From the NCBI GenBank assembly GCA_002256025.1, contig NKIB01011400.1:1-64000 (forward strand): 64,000 nucleotides of DNA. Reading direction: 5' to 3'. The position numbers and the translations under genes were made by a program. Numbering within the stretch: position 1 is the stretch's first letter; each line of letters opens with the position of its first letter. Below, in pieces: positions 12,119-25,672 of this stretch. The stretch comes from Asterionella formosa. Its lineage: Eukaryota. The notes below the pieces were generated by a model. That model saw only the letters and a program-made list of their open reading frames with translations, did no database searches and was not told the origin of the DNA.

Positions 12119-12203
12119 GCAAGTAGCGGTCATTTTGCTTAAACAGACAATTTAATTGAGGATAAAGAAAGCTAAATAATTCAGCAAAATTACCGCAACT
12201 TGC
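12119..12203. mobile_element. MITE-like element, copy 1 (85 bp, ~21 bp terminal inverted repeats)
   Basis: GCAAGTAGCGGTCATTTTGCT...AGCAAAATTACCGCAACTTGC, with homologous copies at 45939 and 50921. Confidence 0.65.
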
Positions 12204-12629
12204 TGGTACGGTACCTGGTACCTGGTACCGGTATCATGTCTGTATCATCATACCGGTAGGGTGTTCTTTTTATTACCGGATAAATCAAAGTTGCAGCGGT
12301 GCTGACACAGTCTCTCATTTGATCATTTTAAGCCAATCAGAAGGTGGCATTTAACATCCATACCGGTAGTGAGTTTTGTGTAATTGGCCGTTGCTGTCAT
12401 AATACCTGGCAAATCAACTGCTCTCTGTATGCTGTACGCGTACCGGTATATGCAGCAGCATAATACCCAGTACTTGGTAAACGAATTCCGGGTACGTGTT
12501 TCGATTTGAATTTGTTCGTTTGACTTTTGCTTTCAATTTTTTCTCTTTCTCTTGCGCTTCCATCTTGTTTCTGCTGTTTGCTCATCTTTCGCTATTGAGG
12601 CCGAGAACGGACAGTGCTTCATCGAAACC

Positions 12630-15600
12630 ATGTCGACGCCTCAGAAAGGCACGCCCAGGAAGTTGTCGACTCCAAGTAGGATTCCCCGTCCTTCCAGAGG
12701 AACCACAACATGTACTACAATGGAGAACTATGGAACCCCTCGACGAGGAGCACTTACCCCCGTCAAAGCTCGTACGCCTACTAGGAGAGTTCCTGTAGAA
12801 AGCCATTCTTCTGCCAGCAAACAATCTGAAAATGATCGAGGCGAAGAAGGGATCACTGGTAAGTACCTTGTGTGTGTTGTATCGTCGGTAGTGTGCCGAC
12901 CCTAGCAAGTGAACCAACATGCCACTCACATGACACGCTTGCGCTCGGCGAATTTCTAGTTGCTATTCGCATGCGACCTCTGAATGCCAAAGAAAGCACC
13001 AACGAGAGTTCTGCATCAGCTGTCGCCAACCGAGTCTGGCGTGTGCTTCCTCAGTATAACTCGATTGCACAAACAACACCATCAGGCCAGCCTATGCAGG
13101 AGCGGATCAACGGAAGAACATACTTTGCATTTGACAAGACTTTTGGAGAGCAGAGCACTACACGCGAAATTTATGATGGGGTTGCAAAAGGGATTGTAAG
13201 CAGTGTTGTTACTGGATTGAATGGGACTATCTTTGCATATGGTCAGACTTCGAGTGGGAAGACATACACCATGCAAGGATCGGGGTCTATTGAGGACGGC
13301 AACGTCAATGGTGGCGGTGGTATTGTTCATATGGCTGCCGCGGATATATTTAGTTATATCGAGAATACCCAAGATAGAATATTTCTCGTCCGAGCTTCCT
13401 TTATCGAAATATATAATGAAGATGTCCGCGATTTGTTGGGAAATAATGAAACGTTGCAGATTCGTGAAGACCCCCGTCGCGGCGTCTTCGTTACAGCTGC
13501 AGAGGAGATTGTGACTGATTATGCGGGTCTTCTCGAGATTCTCTTTGGTGGAGAAAAAAACCGATCTGTTGCTTCAACTAACATGAACGAACGGTCGTCT
13601 CGTTCACATACCATCTTTCGTATCACAATTGAGAGTCGCTGTAAACATACTCCAGACGACGAATCCGACGAAACCATTGACACAGATGACGACGCTGTCC
13701 GTGTTTCAACCTTAAACCTCGTTGATTTGGCTGGATCTGAAAGCGTTCGACTCACTGGAGCTACTGGAGATCGCCAGAAGGAAGGAGGGAAGATTAACCA
13801 GAGGTGAGTGTTTGTCTATGGGGTCATACATTGTTGAGATCGGTGGCTATTATCGACTTCACTCACATTTACTTTCATAGTCTCCTTACCTTGTCTCGAG
13901 TCATTGTTGGTCTTGGTCAGCCAGGCAAGGCACACATAAACTTTCGTGACTCAAAGTTAACCCGTATCCTTCAACCATCCCTCTCTGGCAATGCACGAAT
14001 GGCTGTTGTTTGCTGTGCTACCCCTTCGGAACTTTACCTTGAAGAAACAAGATCTACCCTCATGTTCGCATCGCGCGCCAAGCTGGTCAAGACTCACGCA
14101 ACAGTGAACGAAGTTTTGGACGACAGGTCGTTGATTAAGAAGTTGCAACGAGAACTTGCTGAAGCTCGACTGCGCAGTTCAGGCGGAAATCATGATCACG
14201 TCCTGGCCCTGCAGGCACAAGCTGCACAATCGGGTAGTGCTGCTCGTGATGCAGAAGAAAAGCTCAGAAAATTGAAAGCATCGATCCTCAATACTGGTGT
14301 TCTAATGTCCAAGGCTCCAGTTGAGAAGACGAGGCCTATCCGCAAGAAACGAAGGCTTTCCGATTCGTTGCTTTATGTAAAGACTGACATTTTAACCCCG
14401 ACAAAATCTCTATTCAACACAATTGCAACGCCCAGGACCGTTCCTAAACAAGGAAAAGAAAATCACACCAAACTTGTTGAATGTTTGTCGCCTACCTCAG
14501 AATTGAGTATTGTTCGATATGCCGTTGCTGCCAAAGCTGTCGTGCATGACAAGACACAGAGCCAACTTAAGATCGCCAACGAAATGTTAATGCGCACTGA
14601 AGCGGAACTCAAAAGGGTATCGAACGAAAATTTCGAATTGATTAAAGTATGCTCATCCACTAATTTTGAGGTTCGATCCCTGGAATCCAATCTTACTGAA
14701 ATTCAAACCGAGTACCAGAAATTACAGTTCACCACAGAACAGGCAATTTCGGTATGCCAAGGACAATTAGAAATCGAGCGCAATGAAAAGAAATCCCTTC
14801 AGGCCCGGGTTGCTCAATTGGAACATGCTTTGACAGAAACAGAGACAACTGTTTCCAATCAGAATAATCTGGCATTGCAAGCTGACACTAAAATCTCCGA
14901 AATTGTCTTGAAGAATCAGAAACTGGAAGATGAACTCTCCAAGACTCTATCTGAGCTGGAAAATATGAAAGCAAAATCTGACAAGCTCATTGCCGAAACA
15001 AAAACCCATGCTGATGCCGAAATCGCTACAATGATCCTAAAAAACAAAAAACTAAAGGAGGACTCAGCAAATGTGTACGCAAAAGCTGAGGAAGTGATTG
15101 CCAAATTAAAAACGACTTCGGAATCAAAAATTTCGGAAGCGATGGAAGTACAAATTTCCCTTCGCAGCCAAATCAATTTACTAACTTCACAAATCTCCCA
15201 AGAAGAGAAAAAATATTTTGCTGAAATTAACGCCTTGAAAAATGAAGTAGCAGATCTCACCGACAAAAAGGATTCAATTGCAAAAGAAAAGGATAGAGTA
15301 TGTGACCAGCATCAAAAAAGGGTAATTGAAATTGCGGAGAAGCAAGCAGAATTGGAAGGATTGTTGGTGAAGATCACACATTTGGAGAGAGTCTTAAATC
15401 ATTCAGAAACTGAAAACACTCAGCTACAAAGTTCTCAATCTGAATTGGAGTCTAATCTACATACAGCGGTTTCTGAAATTGGGTACCTAAAGCAGCGTAT
15501 CGAAGAACTAAACAACGACAAAGCATCTTTAGACTCAGAATTGGATCAAAGTCAAAAAACACTCAAGGAAGCACATGATCAAATTGCTACTGATTCGGCT

Positions 15601-18369
15601 AGCATCGCTGACCGAGATGGCACCATTGACTCACTCACAACCAAAATTGAAAGTTACGAGGCCCAGCTTCAGTCAAACCAAGATATTCTTGAAGCTGCTC
15701 AGAAGCAAAATCATGATCTTGATTATTCCTTGAGTGAGTCTCGCACCTCAAATGCTGCATTGCAAAGACAGATCGACGTTCTTTTGAACGACATCAATGA
15801 ATTACAGGAATTAAGAGATCTGATCACTGAGAAGGAAAGTACCATTGACAGGTTGACACATGATGTCGACTCAGCAAGGGTGTCCGAAGAGACAACCTCA
15901 CAGTCCCTGAAAGTGATGCAACAGCACGTGGAGACACTAGAAGCCACCATTTCTTCCTTGAAAAGTCAAAGCAGCGAAGAGGTTTCAATGTTGGTAGAAG
16001 AAAAGCAATCAATTGCCGCTGCATTTGATGCTCAGAAGGAGGTTCTCGTTGCCCTTACCAAGGAACACGAGGAGCTCAACAAAACAGCTGATTCACTGCA
16101 AGCGTCGCTCTTGTCAAGCCATACACAAGTTGAAGAATGTCAAGCTGAGATACTTGATTTATCTTTGCAGAAGTCGAACATGATTAAAGCACTTTCTGAA
16201 GAAAAATCAAAGGGTGAACATTTCCAGAGTGAGCACAACAAGCTAGAACTACAGCTAAAGGAGACGCGTACTTCCATTGGCCATCTTCAATCCGAAAATG
16301 AAGAATTGTCCAAGAATTTGATGGTTTTCTCTGCAAGTACTGATGATGTCTCAAATTTGAAATCAATTTTGACTTCTCTTAAAAGTGAGCAAGTCGAGCT
16401 TACCCAACTTCTATCGTCGACGACCGAAAGCCTCATCGAGGCACGTGCGTCTGCTGACACTGCAGAATCTAACCTCAAGCTACGACAACATAGTCTTGAA
16501 GAGTCACTGACTATGCTTGCAAAGAATGACGAAGACCTGTGTTCTTTCAGGAATCGCATCGTTGAGCTTGAGGCGCAACTCCGTGACCATGGCACTTCAG
16601 ATACTCGTTTGATTGAGCTGGAGCAACAGCTTCAGAAGGAAAGGTCTGATAGAGATGTGACTGAAGCTGCCTTGAAACTGCTCATGGGTGAAGAACAACG
16701 AAGCCTAATAAATGAGGCGGAAAATACAATGGCAGCCTTGAGAAACGAGAACGAGAAACTGAAGATTGCACTATCCCAGGTGGAGGCAGGTGCGTATTCT
16801 CTTAAACAAGAGTTTGAAGAATTGTTTGACCAAAATAAGCGTATGGAACAGCGAGCGATATCTGCTGAGGCTTGGGCTTCCTCCCAGCGCAGTGATATCA
16901 CAAACTATGAATTAAAGGTCGAAAAGCTGACATCAGAAAATCGAAGGCTTGTGAAGGAAGTGCAAACCACAAAGGCATCAATAGAATCACAGATTGATCG
17001 AAACGATGTTGAAAATGCCAAAACTGAAGCCAAAATGAACTTTGTACGAGCAGAATGCTTTTCAGCGAAACAGCGAATTGCTGAATTGGAGGAAAATGTA
17101 CGAATCAGTAGAGTCGACAAAGAAGGTGTTGAAATAGAAATTCAAAGTCTTCGCGAAAAATACAAACAATTGGAGTCGCAGTTTGAGCAAGCCCAGAAAA
17201 ATCATTCTGTACAGATGATTGACTTGCTTGCCAACAAGGAGAATGCAAGCGAGCATCCTCAATCGGAAATCCTGAAGAGGAAAATAGCAGAACTTACGAA
17301 AGACATACAAAGCAAAGATCGGCGAATCAAGAAACTTGAACTTGTAAAACTAACGAAAGAACAATGTGATGCATTGAAAAAGATGAAAACTGAAAGAGAG
17401 GAATATCAGCAACAGGCAAAAGAATCGCTTCGAAGACTTCGTGAGGCTGAAAAAGAGATTGTTGCTTTAAAGGCCTTAGTTGGCTCGTCGATCCCCAAGA
17501 GAAATGGGGATGAAATTGCTGCATTGATATTCGAAAGGGACGCCCTGGAGACAAAACTCAGAAAGTATGCTGCCCATTGTCAGCGATTGGAGAGCGACAA
17601 AGCTACAATCGTTGATGCACTTTCCTCTTGTAATCGAAACAAAATTGTGGATGGAGACCTTGCTGGAGCCATAGTATCACTTTGCGACAATTTTTCATCC
17701 TTGGAAGAAGAGTGCGATGCGCTTACTAGCGCAGAAACTCGAGCATCTTCCTACCTTATGGAAATAGAGTCGATTCGCAATCAGGTTACTGAACTTGAGG
17801 ATCGGAACGCAAAGCTAATAAAATCTGAAGCTGACCTAGCTGTGAGATTAGCCGAGGCAGTACGCCAGATAACTGCAGTTCAAATCGAACGAGACAAATT
17901 GAAGGGCTCTGTTGAGTACAAGAGAGGTCACACAGAAGTTAGTGGCTCTGACAAAAATCGACAAGTTAAATATCTGGAGCAAGAAAACCTTTCTCTCATC
18001 ATGAATCTGAAAGCTACCAGAAAGCAACTTCAAAGCGCTCGATCAGAGTTAGATACCATGAAAATGAGGGCAGAGGATACTGATGCTGTCGGCCTGGAAT
18101 CATTGTCAATGAAAGCCAGCGCCTTTCCACTTACGCAGCTCCCGAACTCACAAGGACACATTCCTATTGACTTGCAGACTTCACTAGATAAGGAGAACGT
18201 CCCAAATCATGATCACAATTATAACTCAATGAAGCCTGTCAATGAATCGATAAGCGGGAAGATCATTGGAACTAGGTCAACAAGGAAAGCAAGGAGAGAC
18301 AGAAATTCTTCCACCCTTGGTGAACCCGGAATAGACGACGACAATACGCAAAACTGCCAGCAAAGTTAG
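12630..18369 (+). CDS. CENPE: Kinesin-7 / CENP-E-like N-terminal motor kinesin with long coiled coil (3 exons)
   Basis: Exons 12630-12858, 12960-13803 and 13881-18369. GT..AG introns 12859-12959 and 13804-13880 restore VAIRMRPL and INQSLLTLSRVI. Motor motifs FAYGQTSSGKTYTM, NERSSRSH, VDLAGSE, HINFRDSKLTRILQPSLSGNAR. C-terminus CQQS. Confidence 0.88.
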
Positions 18370-19868
18370 AGAAATTCTATCTTTCCATATTTAATATATA
18401 GCAATCAATATTAATCCCAGCCTACTCGCAATTCTTCGTACTCACACGGATCTTCCACCCTTGATAAACCGCGAAGAAATAAGCAAATTGCGAGCAGGGT
18501 TTTATAGTTGTTTCGTAAGGTGTGTTCAGAATGGTGGAAATCAGGCCTTTCATGCTTACCGGTAGACATATCCGCAAGGGCACATCAAAGGTACCTATTT
18601 ATTGAAAAAAGCTCTTTCTGCGACAGTGTCCTGATATTGTTATGACTTGCTAATTACTAGTATATGACCAAAGATGTAATAACTGTGCGTGTCTCAATAT
18701 TCTGTGCTGTCTGCTTCAAGCAGTCTAACGGTACACATGAAATTGACAACTGTTCTATTATTTTCATTGTAACTCTTATCTCATGTTTCATATCTGCTGA
18801 AAGGACAATCAAAGGGAAATGGCTCAGTTGGGTTGGGCATGTTGCCTTTGATTTGAAGTTGTGTGTTTCCAATTCCCGAAATTGTTTGCGAAGGAATTGT
18901 TGGGTTCAACTCCCATTTAACCAAAATCTTTCTGATCATGCACTGTTAACTGTCGCATCAAAAGCTCAAGTTGTTCCATTGATTAGTGTGTCCAATATCA
19001 TCAGTGATGAAGGTCATTAATCTTAACATAAGTAAGGTCATTATCACTGCCAAAGTCAACAATTGATCGGAAACATTTTTCTGGTACAGCTTATGATGAT
19101 ACGAATTTCGATGATGCTGTATTTGATTATTGTGTTCGTATCGTTGGTATCAATGGCACTGCTGTAATTAAACTTTGTCATAAACTGAGCACTACACCGC
19201 ATTTCACTACAGAGGCAGAGTTGGATGCTGTGATTACACTGACAAAATTATTCTGATGGCCATCCATTTACATAGAGGATATGACACTTCCTCATGCAGA
19301 AGAAATTGTTACTGCTGTTCATCAACAAGACATGTACATTTTTCAGGACTAGTTGAAGGACCTTGCTAAGTCATGCCAATTAGCATTCTTTGTCTTATCT
19401 CATAAATGTATGAGATGGGTAGATGTTATGAATTGCTCATGACTAAAAAGGATTAATCTTCACTCATATTAAGTGCTTTAAGACCACTCATTTGCTAGAA
19501 GGGTCGACCACATAAGCGTTTCCTGATGCTGCTAGCCCTAGTGTTCATATACTTACTTACCAACCCAGTATCATCCCAACAAACGTACAGTGACTTGGGG
19601 AAGTGAACACGGGGATATTAGTACCAGTTTTATTCGTCCGTATATGCACTCTGCACACATCTATATATGAATGGTTCTTTATGCATTCCAAATGAAGGCA
19701 GTGTGCTTACCTCATGCTTGGCATTCCTACAAGAAGGGCAAGCGCATATTTTAAACATTAATATATTAATGATATGTTACATATTATAGTGAGATATTTC
19801 CAATCAAGAAAACACGCATGGAGCCAGCCATTTCTGCAAGGGGTTCCGGTCCCGGTCTTGGTGCTGGA

Positions 19869-21248
19869 TTATATTTCATGTCCAACTTTCTTTCCTGTTT
19901 TCCTGAGAAATCCGAAGCAACCCTTCATCCTTCCCTTTTCCCTTGGCGCTTTTACTGGAAAATCTGCTATTTTCAATTCTTTGGCCAAGGGAGCAGGAGG
20001 AGGGGGAGTAGGACGAGGATTATATACCTCGAAGAGAGTAATCAATGGTTTCAGGTAGAAATCCGGCATGTGGTCTCGAAATCGGCGGGGAATCATGGCA
20101 ACTATCGTGTCATATTTGGATTCATTGCCCCCCTCGATAACCTGACTGCTTGATTCCTTTATACTTGCCTCCTTTATGTCCTCAGTTGGAGGAAGTAAAA
20201 TATCTGTGTTCTTTATAAGGAATTTCATCTCATTGTTGTCGATCATGTGTTCATCAGCTAAAACCGGGTTGATAAGAATCACTCCTTCTTCGGTGATGAA
20301 AACCATCTTGTCCAAGTGTGCGAAACCAAAAGCGGAAGGAGGTAGTGTGGGTACCACATCTCGATCTCGCACAATACGACAAATAACGGCCTTGTCCAAT
20401 GGTCTGAGCTTCACCATCTCCTGCTCGATTAAGACTTTCATAGATTCTTGGCATGCACGTGGACATCCCGCGGTGACATTCACTAGTTTGTGCGGCAATT
20501 CAGCCCAATTGAACTTCAAAAGCAAGTAACACGCAGCCATAGTTGCAATGCCAGCGCCCAAGCTGTGCCCCACCACAAACAGCTTTCTAGGAGGCTGATC
20601 GGGCGCCAACAAGGGCTCAATGTGCTCTTGGATAAGTGGAGCAGAAACCAAGAAGTTGTTGTAAAATCCAGTGTGCACTCGAGGCTTGTAGGTTTCAGAA
20701 CAACAAAGATTTGAGAAAGCACTTACATACCCAGAGTGCCCCTGGGGAATGTCAATCTCGGGTTCCCACTCTGAGGATGTTGTTGTCAGGTTGGTAAGCC
20801 AATCGTTCGCAGATGTAGTGCAACGATAGGATAAGACAATCACCTCATCATTATGAGCAATATAACCTTGCGTATCCAGAGCATGACCAGCACTTGAGAA
20901 TCCAGATATATCAATAATGTGATCGCATTTCAGACCCATATGGTCGTCAAGGATCTGTGTCAAATGTTTGTGGGCAGCTTCTTCAGATCCCGTAATTATA
21001 GTGAGTGCTTCAATGTGCCATGGGTTGGTTTTCCCAACATTTTTAAGGGTGTTCGGCTTGTCGTCCGTGATGGCAAGACTTGCATATTTCATTCCGAGTA
21101 CCAAGTCATTAATGTGTATCGCACCAGGTTTCTCACTGAACTCTTTCGAGTAGGTTCTTCCCTTCGGAAATCCTTTGCCACTCGCCACTGCGGCAGTTAT
21201 CAACTCTAGGGACGAGTCCTTGAGGAGGAACGTTGATTTCTGATCCAT
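19869..21248 (-). CDS. Class 3 (fungal-type) lipase, paralog 1
   Basis: 459 aa. VLSYRCT, VHTGFY, nucleophile motif VVGHSLGAG, DVVP (Asp) and DHMPDFY (His). Confidence 0.85.
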   Translation of the reverse strand: MDQKSTFLLKDSSLELITAAVASGKGFPKGRTYSKEFSEKPGAIHINDLVLGMKYASLAITDDKPNTLKNVGKTNPWHIEALTIITGSEEAAHKHLTQILDDHMGLKCDHIIDISGFSSAGHALDTQGYIAHNDEVIVLSYRCTTSANDWLTNLTTTSSEWEPEIDIPQGHSGYVSAFSNLCCSETYKPRVHTGFYNNFLVSAPLIQEHIEPLLAPDQPPRKLFVVGHSLGAGIATMAACYLLLKFNWAELPHKLVNVTAGCPRACQESMKVLIEQEMVKLRPLDKAVICRIVRDRDVVPTLPPSAFGFAHLDKMVFITEEGVILINPVLADEHMIDNNEMKFLIKNTDILLPPTEDIKEASIKESSSQVIEGGNESKYDTIVAMIPRRFRDHMPDFYLKPLITLFEVYNPRPTPPPPAPLAKELKIADFPVKAPREKGRMKGCFGFLRKTGKKVGHEI

Positions 21249-21765
21249 GGTCCTGATTTAACGAAGTGCTGTCGTGCAATATCAGAACGAGAGGTGAAGA
21301 AAATTTATAGACAGCATTTCTTAGTTGGAATCTTATATGATGTCCTTGGCGATGCTCTATTATATCGCAGATGTTTCGCTCAAATCGTCGCCAACGGAGT
21401 CTACAATGATGTGTGGCAGGCGATTTCATTACGTATGTACTCGTAGAATGCACTTAATTATCTAAATACTCGTATGTGGAATGAGGACAAATGCAGCTCA
21501 CATAATACACATTATTTCTGTAAATGATTATTCAATCACCACATACATATATATGTATAAAACGAAAACGGGATGGGGCAAGGATACCACATGTAACATG
21601 TTGTGCTTCAAATTAGATGCGTCTTAAAGGGCAATTAATTTTGGTGGTAAAAGAATTCTAATTTCTTCCCATTATTGTATGAAGCTAATAATTTAATTTT
21701 GTCGCTGCAATCAAGAGAAAGGAAATGAGGGGACGATCGAAAACGATTTCTTTCATTATTTGTCA

Positions 21766-21842
21766 GCCAATCTTGCCCACATTTTAGACTTAAGTTAATA
21801 CATTTACGGCGAGCTTAAGTCTGAAATATGGTGAAGATTGGC
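21766..21842. repeat. Imperfect inverted repeat (29 bp arms, 19 nt spacer)
   Basis: Left arm GCCAATCTTGCCCACATTTTAGACTTAAG versus reverse-complemented right arm GCCAATCTTCACCATATTTCAGACTTAAG, 25/29 identical. Confidence 0.7.
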
Positions 21843-23468
21843 AGAAAGATGAAGAAGTTGAAAATCGCGAAGTAACAATTTTTTTTGGTGTTTTAGCGCT
21901 TGTATGTTTCGTCGTAGAAACGTCATGTAGAAGTAGTTTCATCATGGTGAAGCTAGACAAAACTACCAGTAGTCAAATGTCCAAAGGATTGGTACAACGA
22001 TGAGCTTGATTCAAGCAACAATTACTCTACTGCTAACTGGGATGTTTTGCTCCACTTTTCCACAGTGTTGTTGACCTCAAAATATGCTAACATCATGCCA
22101 TGAGTGCTACCATGTTACAAAAATAGATTGAAGAGTTGTATGTATTTGAATGCAGCTAGTGGAAATGACAATCAACAGGTTGATGCAAGCACCTCAGCAT
22201 TCACTTCATCCAACTACCAACAAGTCCCGCAATGGAAATGTCACCTACCAAAACATCAAATGCTATCACAAGAGCCACAACAGGAATGAACGACATCTAC
22301 AAAATCAAGAACATGAGGACTGTTTTAAGTACGGGTATTGTTGCATGTGACACTTGGAGCACTTGTCATTATGATACTTATGGATAGGATTTTTGATCCC
22401 CAATGTTGCCTACTGGAACCTCATGTAGCTTTTTTTGTTTAGAGAAACAATTATTTTAGTTTATCTACTTTGTCTGTAAGTCAGGTATTTGATGTCTGAA
22501 ATATTGCCTACTCTGATGGCAATAGAAGCAATATATATATTTAGCATACATTAGACTGTAAGCGTAGTAGGCCATTTGATACTGCCCTGGCATTCGAATC
22601 CTATTGTAACAACAAGTGCTCCATGTGTATTTGAAAATGAGCCGAATTGTGAAAACAGTAGCAAAAGGTTCCCCGGGTGTGGCTGGCTCTGTCACTGCGA
22701 ACCCGGTTGTTTTGGCAATGCTGGCAGTGGCACTGATGAGACAATTACTTACCGGTAGCGCAAATCATGCTGGGACAGGAACCTGGTACCACGGAAGTTG
22801 CGGTAAAAGACAGTTCTTACTATGTATAATAACGGAAACAGAGCTAAACTTCTCGTTAAACAGCAACTTGCTTGGTAGTACCTGGTAACAGGGAGACTGC
22901 TCCCTCTGTTCAGTAACAGTTCATCAATTCTTAAAATTTCTCCAAGGCCATTTTCATTCATATTGGCAGCATCAGAAGTTTCAGCTATATCCACTACTTT
23001 GCTGCTCATTGTGCCAATTAATCCAGATATAGTCGATGTTGGAAGACAGGTACAGAGATGAGCATACTACTTATTCTCATGTGACCAAAGAAATATGCAA
23101 TGTATGTAACCTCTAAGAGATTGACAAGGAATGTCTAGGAATACTCAGACTAGTATGGTATGCCTTTTTATACAATCTACTGTTAAAATTGTTACTGTTC
23201 GTTGTTTTACATTGGCTTCTCTGGTTTGATGCTCACATTGTTGACACTGTACTTGGTGATAAAGCCCAGCCTGGCCCCATAAATGTTTCATGCAAAATGG
23301 TTGTCGAGAATGGTCAGTTTCAGCAGCCAAGGTTACGTAGTGCACCTGAGCAACAGAAAAATCATGAAAACTTCCGCCGATATTAAACCTTACGGGAAGA
23401 AAATCAAACAAAAATTTTCCTGTTGTAACTGTCATAATGAAAATGGAAGTGTAGGTGTCCGTGGAGGG

Positions 23469-24875
23469 TCATTCTCCCCTCTTCCCACCCTTTTTACGAA
23501 ATCGAAAACCGAACAAGCCTTTTCTCTTTTGCTTTTCTTGAGTCTTAGTAGCAGTTTCCAGAGAATCTGCTCTCTTTCCTTCATCAGATGATGTCGCAAC
23601 GGTGGCCGGGGTTTCATTGTGTAACTCAAAGAGTGCAATCAATGGTTTCAAGTAGAAATCTGGCATGTGGTCCCTGAATCGGCGGGGAATCATGGCCACT
23701 GACTTCTCGTACTTTGTTTTTTCAATAGCCTTGTCTTTCTCCTTAGGATTCATTCCTTCAGCATCTAATGCTTGGTTCAGCACTTCAGTCCCTTCTTCTT
23801 TGGTGTCGTCAGTGGGTGGGATAAGAATATCCCTGTTCTTCAAAAGGAAGTTCATCTCTTTCTTTTTGATCGTATGTTCTTCTCCTAATAGTGGGTTGAT
23901 AATTATATCTCCAGATTTAGTTATGAAAACCATCTTGTCCAAGTGTGTGAAACCAAAAGCGGAAGGAGGTAGGGTGGGTACCACATCTCGATCTCGCACA
24001 ATACGACAAATAACGGCCTTGTCCAATGGTCTGAGCTTCACCATCTCCTGCTCGATTAAGACTTTCATAGATTCTTGGCATGCACGTGGACATCCCGCGG
24101 TGACATTCACTAGTTTGTGCGGCAATTCAGCCCAATTGAACTTCAAAAGCAAGTAACACGCAGCCATAGTTGCAATGCCAGCGCCCAAGCTGTGCCCCAC
24201 CACAAACAGCTTTCTAGGAGGCTGATCGGGCGCCAACAAGGGCTCAATGTGCTCTTGGATAAGTGGAGCAGAAACCAAGAAGTTGTTGTAAAATCCAGTG
24301 TGCACTCGAGGCTTGTAGGTTTCAGAACAGCAAAGCCCAGAACAAGCACTTACATACCCAGAGTGCCCCTGGGGAATGTCAATCTCGGGTTCCCACTCTG
24401 AGGATGTTGTTGTCAGATTGGTAAGCCAATCATTCAGTGTTGTAGTGCAACGATAGGATAAGACAATCACCTCATCATTATGAGCAATATAACCTTGCGT
24501 ATCCAGAGCATGACCAGCCCTTGAGAATCCAGATATATCAATAATGTGATCGCATTTCAGACCCATTTGGTTGTCAAGGATCTGTGTCAAAGGTTTGTGG
24601 GCAGCTTCTTCAGATCCCGTAATTATAGTGAGTGCTTCAATGTGCCATGGGTTGGTTTTCCCAACATTTTTAAGGGTGTTCGGCTTGTCGTCCGTGATGG
24701 CAAGACTTGCATATTTCATTCCGAGTACCAAGTCATTAATGTGTATCGCACCGGGTTTCTCACTGAACTCTGCTGCGTACGTCCTGCCTTTCGGAGTCCT
24801 TTTTCCACTCGACACTGCGGCAGCTATCAACTCTGGATGCGAGTCCTTGAGTAGGAATATTGAGTTCTCCCTCAT
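23469..24875 (-). CDS. Class 3 lipase, paralog 2
   Basis: Likely ATG at 24875 (MRENSIFLLKDS aligns with MDQKSTFLLKDS of paralog 1). Same GHSLG / DVVP / DH catalytic motifs, and the core is nearly identical to paralog 1. Confidence 0.85.
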   Translation of the reverse strand: MRENSIFLLKDSHPELIAAAVSSGKRTPKGRTYAAEFSEKPGAIHINDLVLGMKYASLAITDDKPNTLKNVGKTNPWHIEALTIITGSEEAAHKPLTQILDNQMGLKCDHIIDISGFSRAGHALDTQGYIAHNDEVIVLSYRCTTTLNDWLTNLTTTSSEWEPEIDIPQGHSGYVSACSGLCCSETYKPRVHTGFYNNFLVSAPLIQEHIEPLLAPDQPPRKLFVVGHSLGAGIATMAACYLLLKFNWAELPHKLVNVTAGCPRACQESMKVLIEQEMVKLRPLDKAVICRIVRDRDVVPTLPPSAFGFTHLDKMVFITKSGDIIINPLLGEEHTIKKKEMNFLLKNRDILIPPTDDTKEEGTEVLNQALDAEGMNPKEKDKAIEKTKYEKSVAMIPRRFRDHMPDFYLKPLIALFELHNETPATVATSSDEGKRADSLETATKTQEKQKRKGLFGFRFRKKGGKRGE

Positions 24876-25672
24876 TGTCTTTGCTGAGATTGTTGACGAC
24901 AAATAATGCTGAGACGATCACCGATGTACGGTTAACTTATAGTACCGATTACCGATGACATGAAAAAATAAACATTATGACCTTTGAACCTACCGGAACA
25001 CCGGTAGACTCCTACCATTATAACATGCCATTATGCCGAAGCAATACACCGATCAAATTCTTACCGTTACCGGTTTGGCGTACATTCGCTTGATCAAAAA
25101 TCGATGAGCGACATCATGAGCAACTGCCGGCGACCCAACGTACACGACTCGGTGAATATATATGAGAAAAACTGACCTGTATACGGGTCTATATACACCA
25201 CAGCAAATTCACCGCATATTAAAACGAGCTACCGGTAAGGAATACCAGGAAATTTAATTTTATACCTTTCCAGCTAGCTAGGAAAGTACCACTTGCAATA
25301 CTCCAACCTGAATTAAGGAAACACCAACATTCTCAATCATCTGGTAAACAAAGATATCTATTTCAATAATTTTGCTTTATCTTTCCCATTGGAAAAGGAC
25401 AAACCCATTTGAAGAGACCCTTTTTGTGTGTAAAGCAGCTGCTTCCACAGCTGTATATGGATCTGCAACCAATGGAAAATCTAATACTGAGTTCAAGTTC
25501 AAAAAAGTTGTTGTGCTACCAGACTTTCATTTCAAGAACATTGATAGGAGTTGTCAACAAAGAAGAGTCTCAAAATGATAATTATTTTGCAGGTTGAATC
25601 AGCACCAGTTGAAACAGCATGTCTGTTCTTCATCTCTAGAACATACCTGTTTTAAGTAGGACATTGAACTAG

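Noticed and set aside
13804..13880. ORF-track start of the 1521 aa ORF as a separate gene
   Set aside because: It begins at an intron donor (GTGAGT). Splicing joins it to the kinesin motor exons.
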